IMG/VR virus record: IMGVR_UViG_3300022752_002570
Span: 1-64,000 of that record
DNA length: 64,000 nucleotides
Reading direction: 5' to 3' (one strand)
Source: a virus
Shown: positions 48,449 through 57,266 of the stretch, piece after piece
Numbering within the stretch: the stretch's first letter is position 1
How the letters are laid out: each line of letters begins with the position of its first letter
The notes under the pieces: model-generated
The model's database searches: none
What the model was told of the DNA's origin: nothing
What the model saw: the letters and a program-made list of their open reading frames with translations, nothing else
Position numbers and translations under genes: made by a program

Positions 48449-48860
48449 GGCTAGCGCAGGCTAATATCATGCGCCCTAGACCTGGATCTCAGATCGCAGG
48501 GACGGAATGCTCACCGCCGTAGTGAGAACTCAACCACTACCCGAAAGGATGACGATCACTTAACTGCTGTGATTTGGTTGTTTGAAGTAGAAGGAGCAAA
48601 AAGACGCAGAAGTGATTCTGCACGTTCATATGATGAGGTAGTGTTCGTTATATGAGCCGCCGTTGTAATAAAGCCTGAACGAGTAGGTACCGGACAACCG
48701 CCTACGCTAAACTAGTTCTAACACTATGTGACTATGCTACTCAGATGATGCATACCTTTGCCCGCCCTGGGCAAAGAGTGACCACTTAATCTAGATGATA
48801 CTAAAAGACAAAAAATGCTTCGAGTCTCGTAGACGAAGAAGCAAACGAACGTAGTTCGTT
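48449..48860 (+). ncRNA. candidate large structured non-coding RNA, family unknown
   Basis: No ORF of 60 aa or more in any frame. About 10 consecutive helices, GNRA tetraloops (GAAA, GUGA), a 14-bp helix with 4 G-U pairs that work only on the + strand, and long-range complementarities. Confidence 0.65.
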
Positions 48861-48862
48861 AC

Positions 48863-48868
48863 TAAATA
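48863..48868 (+). promoter_or_regulatory. late promoter box TAAATA
   Basis: Lies upstream of ORF 48890. The same box precedes most structural units. Confidence 0.55.
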
Positions 48869-48889
48869 TTGATTATTCCGGAATAATTT

Positions 48890-50200
48890 ATGCGATTACA
48901 TCAAGCACTAGGTCAACAGACTATCTTTGAAAGTATAGGAGGAACTGATCCCTACTTCAAAACATGGCAACGAGACATACATCCCGTATTATGTGAAGTT
49001 GCTCTAAACCCTGATCAGATAAATCAATTATTCAAATCTATAGAGAAGGGTGGAGGAAGATCTCTTCTAGGTAAAGCCAAAGATGCTATAAGTGGTGCTA
49101 CAAATAAAATTAGTGATGTATGGTTTAATAAGTTTGGAGGAATGTTGCAGAGCAGTGGACCTGTTCAAGCATTTGATCAAAAATTTGAAGAAATTAAATC
49201 CAGTATTGCAGCGAAGAATCCTAAATTGGCCGCAAAGTTAGCCAAATATGGAGAGTTTGCTAAGAACAATCCTAAATTACATAAGTTTTTATTAGCCATT
49301 GGAGGATCTGTAGCCGCTGCTGTAGGTGTTACTGTTGCGGGTGGAGTAGGCGCAGGTGCTCTAGCAGTGGGCACAGGTGCCGGTGTTGCTACTGGTATCA
49401 TTAACATTGCTGATCGTTTATTACAAGGGCAAAAAGCATCAACTGCTATTGGACGTGGAGCCACTACAGGACTAGTAACAGGAATAACTGCTGCTGCCGC
49501 TACTAAAATTCTTAGTGGTGTGGCCAACAGTTTTAAGGCAGAATATGTTAATACAGTTCGAGGTGAGCGATTAATGAACGGAACATTTGACATCAATGGT
49601 CAGTGGACTTTTGTTACTGGCAGACCGGAAGATGTTAGGGCTCTCGGACAAGCCATGGATGCAGAAAACTATCAGTTATTCTACAGTCTTGTAGAAAAAA
49701 TGAGGTCACCTGAATATGTAAAAGGTTTAGAAGCATCTCAAGAAATTATAAAACAGGCCACTCAAAACTATCAATCCACGGCAGGTGTAATTAAAACTCT
49801 AGCACAGGCTGCAACAGCAGCCGCAGGTGGTGCAGCCAGTGCGGCTACAAATCAACAACCTAAAGAAAGTTTATCAGAAAATAAAATTTATGAATTATTT
49901 GGCATAACCGGTAACAAGATAGATGCTAGTAAATTAGAAAAGGCATGGAAGAAGGCAGGAAGTCCTACGGACAGTGATGAGATTGCGAAAATCTTACAGG
50001 GTGCTGGTGTGGATCCTACAATTATTTCACAGGCATTTAAGGAAATAGGAGCACCTACACCTCAAGGCCGTGTAGAACCAACACTAGGAACAGACACCAA
50101 TACAACAGCCCAGCCAATAAATACAAAAGATATTGTAGCCAGGATAAAAAAATTACCTCCTGATCAACAAAAAATCTTAATACAACTATTAAAAGCATAG
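48890..50200 (+). CDS. putative virion internal/ejection protein with Gly/Ala-rich hydrophobic segment
   Basis: 436 aa. FLLAIGGSVAAAVGVTVAGGVGAGALAVGTGAGVATGII glycine zipper. Late box upstream. Confidence 0.55.
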   Translation: MRLHQALGQQTIFESIGGTDPYFKTWQRDIHPVLCEVALNPDQINQLFKSIEKGGGRSLLGKAKDAISGATNKISDVWFNKFGGMLQSSGPVQAFDQKFEEIKSSIAAKNPKLAAKLAKYGEFAKNNPKLHKFLLAIGGSVAAAVGVTVAGGVGAGALAVGTGAGVATGIINIADRLLQGQKASTAIGRGATTGLVTGITAAAATKILSGVANSFKAEYVNTVRGERLMNGTFDINGQWTFVTGRPEDVRALGQAMDAENYQLFYSLVEKMRSPEYVKGLEASQEIIKQATQNYQSTAGVIKTLAQAATAAAGGAASAATNQQPKESLSENKIYELFGITGNKIDASKLEKAWKKAGSPTDSDEIAKILQGAGVDPTIISQAFKEIGAPTPQGRVEPTLGTDTNTTAQPINTKDIVARIKKLPPDQQKILIQLLKA

Positions 50201-50208
50201 GAACTACA

Positions 50209-51186
50209 ATGAGAATACATGAAGTTATTGTTTTAGACCCGCAGATAAATGAAATTAGCGCCTTTGGTGCAGGATCAGGAATAGGCAAAGTTGCGGGAAA
50301 CGTTGTAGGAGGTGTAAAAGATTTTTGGGCAGGCGCTAAACAGGGCTATAAAGATGCAAGAGCGGGATTTGTAACAGGACAAGGAGCAGGCACTACTGCG
50401 GCAACAACTGGCACCAATACACCCCAAGCCTCTGCTTCTACGGCTGGAACTGCTGCTCCAACATCTGGCGCAGCATCAGCACCTAGTGGACAGGCAGCGT
50501 CTGCTGCACCACAACAGGCACCTACACAACAGGCACCTGCACCTCAAACTACACCGGATGAACTAGACGATTTAAAGGCAACTATTGCAAAACTAAATCC
50601 CGAGCAGAAACAAGAAATTGCCTCACAACTACAGCAACCTGAAATAGAACAACCGTCAGCGCCTGCGGCAGGTGCAAAAACAGAACCTTTTGTTGATCCA
50701 CGCAGTGCAGCGGCAAGAGGTCAGAAAGATCAAGGATTTGGATTTAATAGAGACACTGGTGTGGCGTTTAAATCACAAGCAGAAAAAGATGCTTACAATG
50801 CATCTAATCAGCAAGATGATGATGATTTTGAACCTGATTGGAATTTTGGTAAAGATTCTAATGCTCCGTCTCCTGGAACTGCGGTTAATATAGGACAGGT
50901 TAAACAGCAAAGCGCCCAACAAGCACAGGCAGCACAGGCAGATAAACAAACTGCCCAACAACAGATAGCAGCCACACAGGCCGCTAACGCAGCCAAGGCT
51001 AAACAAGATGCTGCTATCAAGGCCGCTAAAGATGCTGCTATGGCCAAGCCTGCGTTTCAACAGACTGCATCAGATAGGTTAGCAATCAAACAAGCCAAGG
51101 ACAGAGGTATTAGAGAATCTAAAAAATCCAAGAAGAAAAAAGTCGTTGCAGAATTTAATAGTAAGTTTCTAGGAATAACAATTTAA
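50209..51186 (+). CDS. Ala/Gln/Pro-rich hypothetical protein, possibly head-internal
   Basis: 325-aa low-complexity ORF with AGGA SD and MRIHE N-terminus. Confidence 0.6.
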   Translation: MRIHEVIVLDPQINEISAFGAGSGIGKVAGNVVGGVKDFWAGAKQGYKDARAGFVTGQGAGTTAATTGTNTPQASASTAGTAAPTSGAASAPSGQAASAAPQQAPTQQAPAPQTTPDELDDLKATIAKLNPEQKQEIASQLQQPEIEQPSAPAAGAKTEPFVDPRSAAARGQKDQGFGFNRDTGVAFKSQAEKDAYNASNQQDDDDFEPDWNFGKDSNAPSPGTAVNIGQVKQQSAQQAQAAQADKQTAQQQIAATQAANAAKAKQDAAIKAAKDAAMAKPAFQQTASDRLAIKQAKDRGIRESKKSKKKKVVAEFNSKFLGITI

Positions 51187-51419
51187 AAGAACGGCAAACC
51201 AGTCTTTTGGGCAGTTTCTAAATTTTCCTCAATAATTTTACTAAGGATTTCTCTATCTTCCTGGGTAAGTTGGTATGCTTCATTTACAGTAATACTGCCT
51301 CGCATGTACCAACAAATTTTAAATAATTCTCGTTTTATGGCTTTTACATCTTGGTCATAATGATCAACTAGTGTCTTTATTTCCTCAAGATCTAGATATA
51401 AAAGCCTTACACGAAAAAA
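51183..51419 (-). CDS. gp51-like extension ORF in the -1 frame of the gp26-like gene
   Basis: Open frame FFRVRLLYLDLEEIKTLVDHYDQDVKAIKRELFKICWYMRGSITVNEAYQLTQEDREILSKIIEENLETAQKTGLPFF*. It begins at the slippery T-TTT-TTC. The only ATG is internal (51305). Confidence 0.65.
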   Translation of the reverse strand, partial: FFRVRLLYLDLEEIKTLVDHYDQDVKAIKRELFKICWYMRGSITVNEAYQLTQEDREILSKIIEENLETAQKTGLPFF

Positions 51420-52273
51420 GTTGAAGGATCAAAAACTAGAGGAATGGTTATTGTGTCTTGAGTATAACCTTGCATTTTGATATTTTCAGGAGTATCGATA
51501 GTTATAGGTTTAATTAGATTGTTATCTTTTAGTTTATCCAAATGATTCTGTATAATATTGAACATGTCCTTGTCAATGTTATCAATAAATTCTCTTATGT
51601 GTACTATATTTTCTGTACTGCCCGTAGGTGAGTCTATTCTAAATACACTTTCTTTTACAACACCAATAGTGACATCAGTAAGTTTACTAAATGTCTTTTG
51701 AAACATTTCTAATTTTTGCTCTTGACTTAGGCTTTCATCATTGGCCAAATTAAGAATCTTTTGTGTTTCAAAACTTTTTATACTGCTATCACTAATCTGT
51801 TTATAGTTAAGCGGTTTCACATAGACTGTTAAATCATCATTTATTGGAATCACTGGATCCCAATCTATCGTTTGGTATAGATTGTCCATTACAAGACGTA
51901 GATCAACTTCATATTCTAAATTAATATCTCCGGGTAGATTCAACGGAGTACTCATCTTTTCACCGTAGGTAGCAATTCTGATAGCAATTAGAATTGCATC
52001 AAGATCTATACTTGGCGTCATCCATGCATTTTTAATATTCGGCATACAATTTTGTATTGCATCTACTACTGCTTGCCCGTTCATAATAGCGTCTGGAACT
52101 TTTAGCAAGAGTTCATCCTTAGCAGTCATAGAAAAAACAGGATATTCATTGTTTTCTGATTTTTCCAAACTACCTGGAGGCCAGTATTCTCCATTACTGG
52201 GTAACCTAATATAAATCTTTGGTTGCCTCATATAATTCATTAAAGGGTTTTGATTTTTTGGGGATGATATCAC
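51407..52273 (-). CDS. baseplate hub assembly chaperone, T4 gp26-like
   Basis: YIRLPSNG, MTAKDELLL, DLDAILIAIRIATYGE, C-terminal IPLVFDPSTFF. GTG start with GGAG SD. Confidence 0.8.
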   Translation of the reverse strand: MISSPKNQNPLMNYMRQPKIYIRLPSNGEYWPPGSLEKSENNEYPVFSMTAKDELLLKVPDAIMNGQAVVDAIQNCMPNIKNAWMTPSIDLDAILIAIRIATYGEKMSTPLNLPGDINLEYEVDLRLVMDNLYQTIDWDPVIPINDDLTVYVKPLNYKQISDSSIKSFETQKILNLANDESLSQEQKLEMFQKTFSKLTDVTIGVVKESVFRIDSPTGSTENIVHIREFIDNIDKDMFNIIQNHLDKLKDNNLIKPITIDTPENIKMQGYTQDTITIPLVFDPSTFFV

Positions 52274-52287
52274 AGTTTTTACTCCGA

Positions 52288-52321
52288 TAAATAAAAGATC
52301 AATTTAAGTGAAGTATTTATA
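52288..52321. promoter_or_regulatory. overlapping late promoters for the tape-measure-like gene (+) and gp26-like gene (-)
   Basis: TAAATA on + at 52288-93. Full T4-type TATAAATA on - at 52314-21. Confidence 0.65.
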
Positions 52322-52346
52322 TACCAATATTATTGCATGAAAACTA

Positions 52347-54629
52347 ATGGCTGACGTAACAGGATCAATAGGTAATCAACCGGTAGAACTTAACAATGCT
52401 GCTACTGAAGCAACGTTACGGCAACTTCTTGCGGCGGTTCAAGGTAGAGGCGGTGCCGCTAATGTTGCAGGACTGGCAGGACAAACTCTTAATCCACAAA
52501 CTGTAACACAGGTCAATAATTCGCTATCCACTATGCATCGAGTGGGTACAAGTGTTGGACAGGGATTTGGTACACTTGTTAACGCACTGGCAGCGAATAA
52601 AGAAGGACTACAAAATTTTATATCCAAGATAAATCAGGGCACAGCACAGTCTAGTGATTTATTTGGCGCATTTACAAAACTTCCAGGTCCTGCAGGAGCA
52701 GTAGCCAGAGGTTTTCAATTACTGGCACAATATCAAGAAAAGAATTTCGAAGCATACCAAAAGACAACAGCAGCAGGTGTCAGTTTTGGAGGAAGTTTAA
52801 CTGACCTGCGTGTAGCGGCTGCACAGGCCAGTATGACTCTAGATAGTTTTGCCAGTCTTATAAAAGAAAACAATAAAACATTTTTACTGTTAGGCGGCAG
52901 TGTAAACGAAGGTGCTAAGAACTTTGTCATGTTTAGCCAAAGCCTTACACAAGGACAAACTGGTAGAGAACTTCGTGCTCTAGGATTTACAACAGAACAA
53001 ATTAACAGCGGCTTTGCTGCTATGTTAGCATCACAAGGGGGCTTGAGTAGGCAAGAGCAAGCAAACATGGGAATAGTAACTGCGGGAGCAAAACAGTTAT
53101 TCATGCAAATGGATGCTCTAGCACAGTTGACCGGAGAACAGAGAGAAGAACAAGAACGCATCATGAAGGAGCGTGCTGCTAATGAAGCCATACAGAATTA
53201 TCTATCAACACTAGGAGTAGAAGAACGCAACAAGGCAGAAGCAGCACTTAATGAAGCACGAATGAGAGGCGGTAAAGGTGCGGAAGAAGCATTGGCCAGT
53301 AAATTAATGGGAATCCCTCCCCTAACAGATCGTGCTCAACAATTTGAAACAGTGATACAAGGTGGCAGTCAGGCATTAGGTAATCTGGCCAAGGATGTTA
53401 ATGATTCAAGTAAGACTGTTCAGGACATACAAAAAACAGGAGCACAGGTAACAAGATCTCTTGCAGAATCAGGCAGAGACAACAAAGAATTGTTTAGAGC
53501 GATGATTATGGGCAATGATGCTCAGTTTAGAGAAACTGCTGGCGCCGCTTTACGTGCTGACACACAGGCAAGAAAACAAGGTATAGAAAATCTAAACGAC
53601 GAAGAACAAAGATTAGCAGCAACTAAAGAAGATCAAGATAAGAGAATGAGAGAAAGCCAAGCGAAGTCTATGGCAGATGCTAAAGCAGGACTTGATGAAC
53701 TTACTCTTGCATTCCAACAGATGCTGGCACCTATTGTAGGTGCCCTAACCCCTGTGCTAAAATTAGTAGTAGATGTTTTATCAGCAGTTCTAGTGCCAAC
53801 CTTTACCAAAGTAGGGGAAGTAAGTAAAGGCCTCCTTGACAGTTTTCAAGGCGTAAAGGAAAAGTTAGGAGACAATGCCACAGGAGTAGTAGGGGGATTG
53901 GCTGCTGCTGGAGTAGGTGCTTATCTTCTTAGTAGGAAAATGGGAGGTAGAGGTACACCTGGATCTGGCGGAGCACCTGGAGGTGGTGGTGGCGTAGCCG
54001 GTGTGCTAGGAGGTATAATGGGCAGTGGTATGGGAGCACCTGGCTCTAGTCCTGCTAATCCTTTATTTGTTTCTATCGTGCCAGGAGATGTGAGTTCGAT
54101 TCTTGCAGGTATGATGGGTGGAGGTGGTCCTAGTTTACCGTCGTCGGGTGGAGGCGGAGGTGGTGGCAAATTTAAATTAGGTAAACTTGGCGGATTAGGA
54201 TTGGGCATGGTTGGTGGAATGGCAGGAGACCTTGCAGCAGATTACTTTGGTAGAGATTCAACCGCAGGTAAAACCGCAGACATGCTAGGAACCGCAGCCA
54301 GTTTTGCAGGTATGGGAGCAATGTTAGGACCATTAGGTGCCGCACTAGGTGGGGTTGCGGGACTAGGTTATGGAGCCTATAAAAACTTCTTTGCTGACAA
54401 GCCGCCTGAAATGGCAGCAGGTGGAGTTATCACAAGACCTACAGCTGTTATGGCAGGGGAAGCAGGTAAAGAAGCAATTATTCCGCTGTCTGATGAAAAT
54501 GCTCTTCCAGGTATCAATGAGTTAAATAAGACTATGAACGAAATTCTCCGTTATATGAAGGATACTGCTGAAAATACTAAGAAAAATGCAGAAGCCACTC
54601 AGGCTCTTAGCGGTGACTTATTTGCTTAA
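52347..54629 (+). CDS. tape-measure-like tail protein
   Basis: Helical Ala/Gln-rich body and Gly-rich hydrophobic segments. C-terminal MAAGGVITRPTAVMAGEAGKEAIIPL is typical of tape measure proteins. Confidence 0.7.
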   Translation: MADVTGSIGNQPVELNNAATEATLRQLLAAVQGRGGAANVAGLAGQTLNPQTVTQVNNSLSTMHRVGTSVGQGFGTLVNALAANKEGLQNFISKINQGTAQSSDLFGAFTKLPGPAGAVARGFQLLAQYQEKNFEAYQKTTAAGVSFGGSLTDLRVAAAQASMTLDSFASLIKENNKTFLLLGGSVNEGAKNFVMFSQSLTQGQTGRELRALGFTTEQINSGFAAMLASQGGLSRQEQANMGIVTAGAKQLFMQMDALAQLTGEQREEQERIMKERAANEAIQNYLSTLGVEERNKAEAALNEARMRGGKGAEEALASKLMGIPPLTDRAQQFETVIQGGSQALGNLAKDVNDSSKTVQDIQKTGAQVTRSLAESGRDNKELFRAMIMGNDAQFRETAGAALRADTQARKQGIENLNDEEQRLAATKEDQDKRMRESQAKSMADAKAGLDELTLAFQQMLAPIVGALTPVLKLVVDVLSAVLVPTFTKVGEVSKGLLDSFQGVKEKLGDNATGVVGGLAAAGVGAYLLSRKMGGRGTPGSGGAPGGGGGVAGVLGGIMGSGMGAPGSSPANPLFVSIVPGDVSSILAGMMGGGGPSLPSSGGGGGGGKFKLGKLGGLGLGMVGGMAGDLAADYFGRDSTAGKTADMLGTAASFAGMGAMLGPLGAALGGVAGLGYGAYKNFFADKPPEMAAGGVITRPTAVMAGEAGKEAIIPLSDENALPGINELNKTMNEILRYMKDTAENTKKNAEATQALSGDLFA

Positions 54630-54644
54630 AGGATCTATTTTTTA

Positions 54645-56363
54645 ATGTCTTGGAAAAAATATTTTACTCCAGTTAATACATCTGGAGCACTAAGTCCTAT
54701 CAGTGGAGCGTTAACAGCAGATTCCAGGGCAAATCCTACTCACAGAAATTATTCAAGTTATCTTCCAGATGTATATTCAGGACATCCAAACCGTCTAGAA
54801 CGTTATGGACAATATGATACAATGGACAGCGACAGCGAAGTTAACGCTGCACTAGATATTTTAGCAGAGTTTTGTACACAACAAAACGAAGAAAACGGTA
54901 CACCGTTCCGTGTATTTTTTAAAGAACAGGCTACATCAACAGAAGTAAAAATTATTAGACAGTTGATGCAGCAATGGTGTAAACTAAACAAGTTTAATAT
55001 TCGCATACATAAAATTGTTCGTAATGCATTTAAGTATGGCGATGTATTTTTTGTAAGAGACCCTGAACTACAGTCTTGGATGTATGTTGATCCTGCTAAA
55101 GTTGATAGAATTATTGTAAATGAATCTGAAGGTAAGAAACCCGAACAGTATCACATAAGAGACTTTAATCCAAATTTAGAATCTCTTGCTACAACTCAAA
55201 TTAACCCTAGTAATGTAGCAGGTGGTGGCAGTCAATATGCCAGTGGATATGCAGGTAACAATGCAGGCGTTGGAATGAGTCGAGGTATGACAGGTTCCTA
55301 TCCTACAAATTTAACAGCGACAAGATTTCAAAAGACAGAAAACCAATGGGCTATTGATGCCAAGCATGTTATACATATTAGTATGAGTGAAGGATTAGAT
55401 AACAATTATCCTTTCGGTACAAGTTTACTAGAAAGTATCTTCAAGGTTTATAAGCAAAAAGAACTACTAGAAGATGCTATTATCATTTATCGTATTCAAC
55501 GTGCTCCTGAACGCCGTGTTTTTTACATTGATGTAGGTAATATGCCAAGCCACTTGGCAATGAGTTTTGTAGAACGTGTTAAAAATGAAGTAAATCAAAG
55601 AAGAATTCCCAGTGTCACTGGCGGGAGCCAGAGCGTAATAGACGCAGGATATAATCCCTTATCTATTAATGAAGATTATTTTTTCCCACAGACAGCGGAA
55701 GGCAGAGGAAGTAAGGTAGAAGTTTTACCAGGCGGAACTAATTTAGGAGAAATTGATGACCTTAAGTACTTTACTAATAAACTTTTTCGTGCTCTACGTA
55801 TCCCTAGTAGCTATCTACCTACTGGTCCCGACGACGGAGGAAGTAATTTTAATGATGGAAGGGTCGGAACCGCTTATATTCAGGAACTTAGATTTAATAA
55901 ATATTGTGAAAGACTACAATCATTAATGAATGAGCAATTTGATAATGAGTTTAAGGCCTATTTGCATAATAAAGGCATTAATGTTGATTCTACAATATTT
56001 GAAATAAAATTTAATCCACCTCAAAACTTTGCCAGTTATAGACAGGCTGAAATGGATGGTGTTAGAATGAATGTGTTTTCTAATATCAGTCAAGTACCTT
56101 TCTTGTCTAAGCGATTTGCCCTAAAGAGATTTTTAGGATTAACCGCAGAGGAAATGGCAGAAAATGAAAAGTTATGGAGAGAAGAAAATATAGACGATGA
56201 TGTAGATCTAACTGCTAATGCAGAACTTAGGGGAGCAGGTATTACATCAGCAGGAATGAATGCTGACATGAGTGCAATTGGTAGTGCAACCACGCCGCCG
56301 GCACCTCAACCTGGAGCGGAACCTGCTGCTACTGCACCTCCAGGATCTCCACCACCTGCATAA
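54645..56363 (+). CDS. portal protein, T4 gp20-like
   Basis: LEDAIIIYRIQRAPERRVFYIDVGNMP, EDYFFP...GRGSKVEVLPGG.NLGEIDDLKYF..KLFRALRIPSS. Confidence 0.95.
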   Translation: MSWKKYFTPVNTSGALSPISGALTADSRANPTHRNYSSYLPDVYSGHPNRLERYGQYDTMDSDSEVNAALDILAEFCTQQNEENGTPFRVFFKEQATSTEVKIIRQLMQQWCKLNKFNIRIHKIVRNAFKYGDVFFVRDPELQSWMYVDPAKVDRIIVNESEGKKPEQYHIRDFNPNLESLATTQINPSNVAGGGSQYASGYAGNNAGVGMSRGMTGSYPTNLTATRFQKTENQWAIDAKHVIHISMSEGLDNNYPFGTSLLESIFKVYKQKELLEDAIIIYRIQRAPERRVFYIDVGNMPSHLAMSFVERVKNEVNQRRIPSVTGGSQSVIDAGYNPLSINEDYFFPQTAEGRGSKVEVLPGGTNLGEIDDLKYFTNKLFRALRIPSSYLPTGPDDGGSNFNDGRVGTAYIQELRFNKYCERLQSLMNEQFDNEFKAYLHNKGINVDSTIFEIKFNPPQNFASYRQAEMDGVRMNVFSNISQVPFLSKRFALKRFLGLTAEEMAENEKLWREENIDDDVDLTANAELRGAGITSAGMNADMSAIGSATTPPAPQPGAEPAATAPPGSPPPA

Positions 56364-56371
56364 ATATTTCT

Positions 56372-56620
56372 ATGTTACTTAAAGAATTTATATATTTTGA
56401 TCGTAAGCATCTTGAAATGAAAGATGATCAACGTTATGATTCTGACAGAGATGTTGGGGTTATGTATCCTGACGATGTTAGAAAGCATAGTAGATTAACC
56501 TTAGGAATGATCAATAATGTTCGTAAGGCCACAGAGGCTCGTATGAAAGAGCGTAAAGAAGATTTAGCATTAGTTAGAAAAATGTATGCCGCTCCTCCTC
56601 CTGAAGCAGCACCTACCTAA
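56372..56620 (+). CDS. small head-cluster protein
   Basis: 82 aa, MLLKEF start. TAAATA (56361-66) lies 5 nt upstream. Confidence 0.65.
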   Translation: MLLKEFIYFDRKHLEMKDDQRYDSDRDVGVMYPDDVRKHSRLTLGMINNVRKATEARMKERKEDLALVRKMYAAPPPEAAPT

Positions 56621-57249
56621 GGTTTGTAGACAGCGTAAGAGCTAAATTTACCATCTTCTGGATCTACTAAATCTGATTTCCTTAGAAAAGTTTCGTAATC
56701 TGTTCTATCTTTAAAAAATTCATCTACTGCTTTTCGAGCGCCCAGACATCCTGCTCCGCTATAGTCGTCAAATATTAAAATGGCGCCAGGGACTAGTTTA
56801 TCCTGAACCCAATTCAATATAAGTTTATAACTTTCATAAACATCTACATCTATATGTACAAGAGAGATCATAGATGTAGATACTTGCTCACTAGTTTCTA
56901 AAGGAAAAATCCCTTCAATTAAATTAAATTTTGTAATTTGATTACTAACCAGCAAATTGTAAACATGTTCTTTTGAAGTATTTGAAAAATCACCATCTTT
57001 ATGATGATTGTCGTTAGGACCTGCAAGTACAATACCCTTAAAAGTATCGCATAGATAGACATTAGATTCTGGTTTATATATTTTTGATGCACCTGCAATT
57101 ACTAAAGATGAGCCACCTCTCCAGCAACCTATTTCTATAATATCTCCTTTAGGACAACTTTCTACAGCATTCCATAAAAAGTCTAATTTCCAAGGAGGGA
57201 TTACTGTATTTCCGTTACTTGCAATCTGAATGGCTAAATTTTTATCCAT
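56617..57249 (-). CDS. TylF/MycF-family O-methyltransferase
   Basis: GDIIEIGCWRGGS, LCDTFKG, LVHIDVDVYES, GAILIFDDY, GARKAVDEFF. Confidence 0.85.
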   Translation of the reverse strand: MDKNLAIQIASNGNTVIPPWKLDFLWNAVESCPKGDIIEIGCWRGGSSLVIAGASKIYKPESNVYLCDTFKGIVLAGPNDNHHKDGDFSNTSKEHVYNLLVSNQITKFNLIEGIFPLETSEQVSTSMISLVHIDVDVYESYKLILNWVQDKLVPGAILIFDDYSGAGCLGARKAVDEFFKDRTDYETFLRKSDLVDPEDGKFSSYAVYKP

Positions 57250-57266
57250 AAACTATCCTTTTTTTT

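Noticed and set aside
48449-48860. Group I/II intron, hammerhead, RNase P, tmRNA or SRP identity for the structured region
   Set aside because: There is no interrupted host gene. I could not find group I P7 consensus, group II domain V, a CUGAUGA/GAAA core in the right geometry, the RNase P GAGGAAAGUCC motif or tRNA-like ends. A covariance search is still needed.
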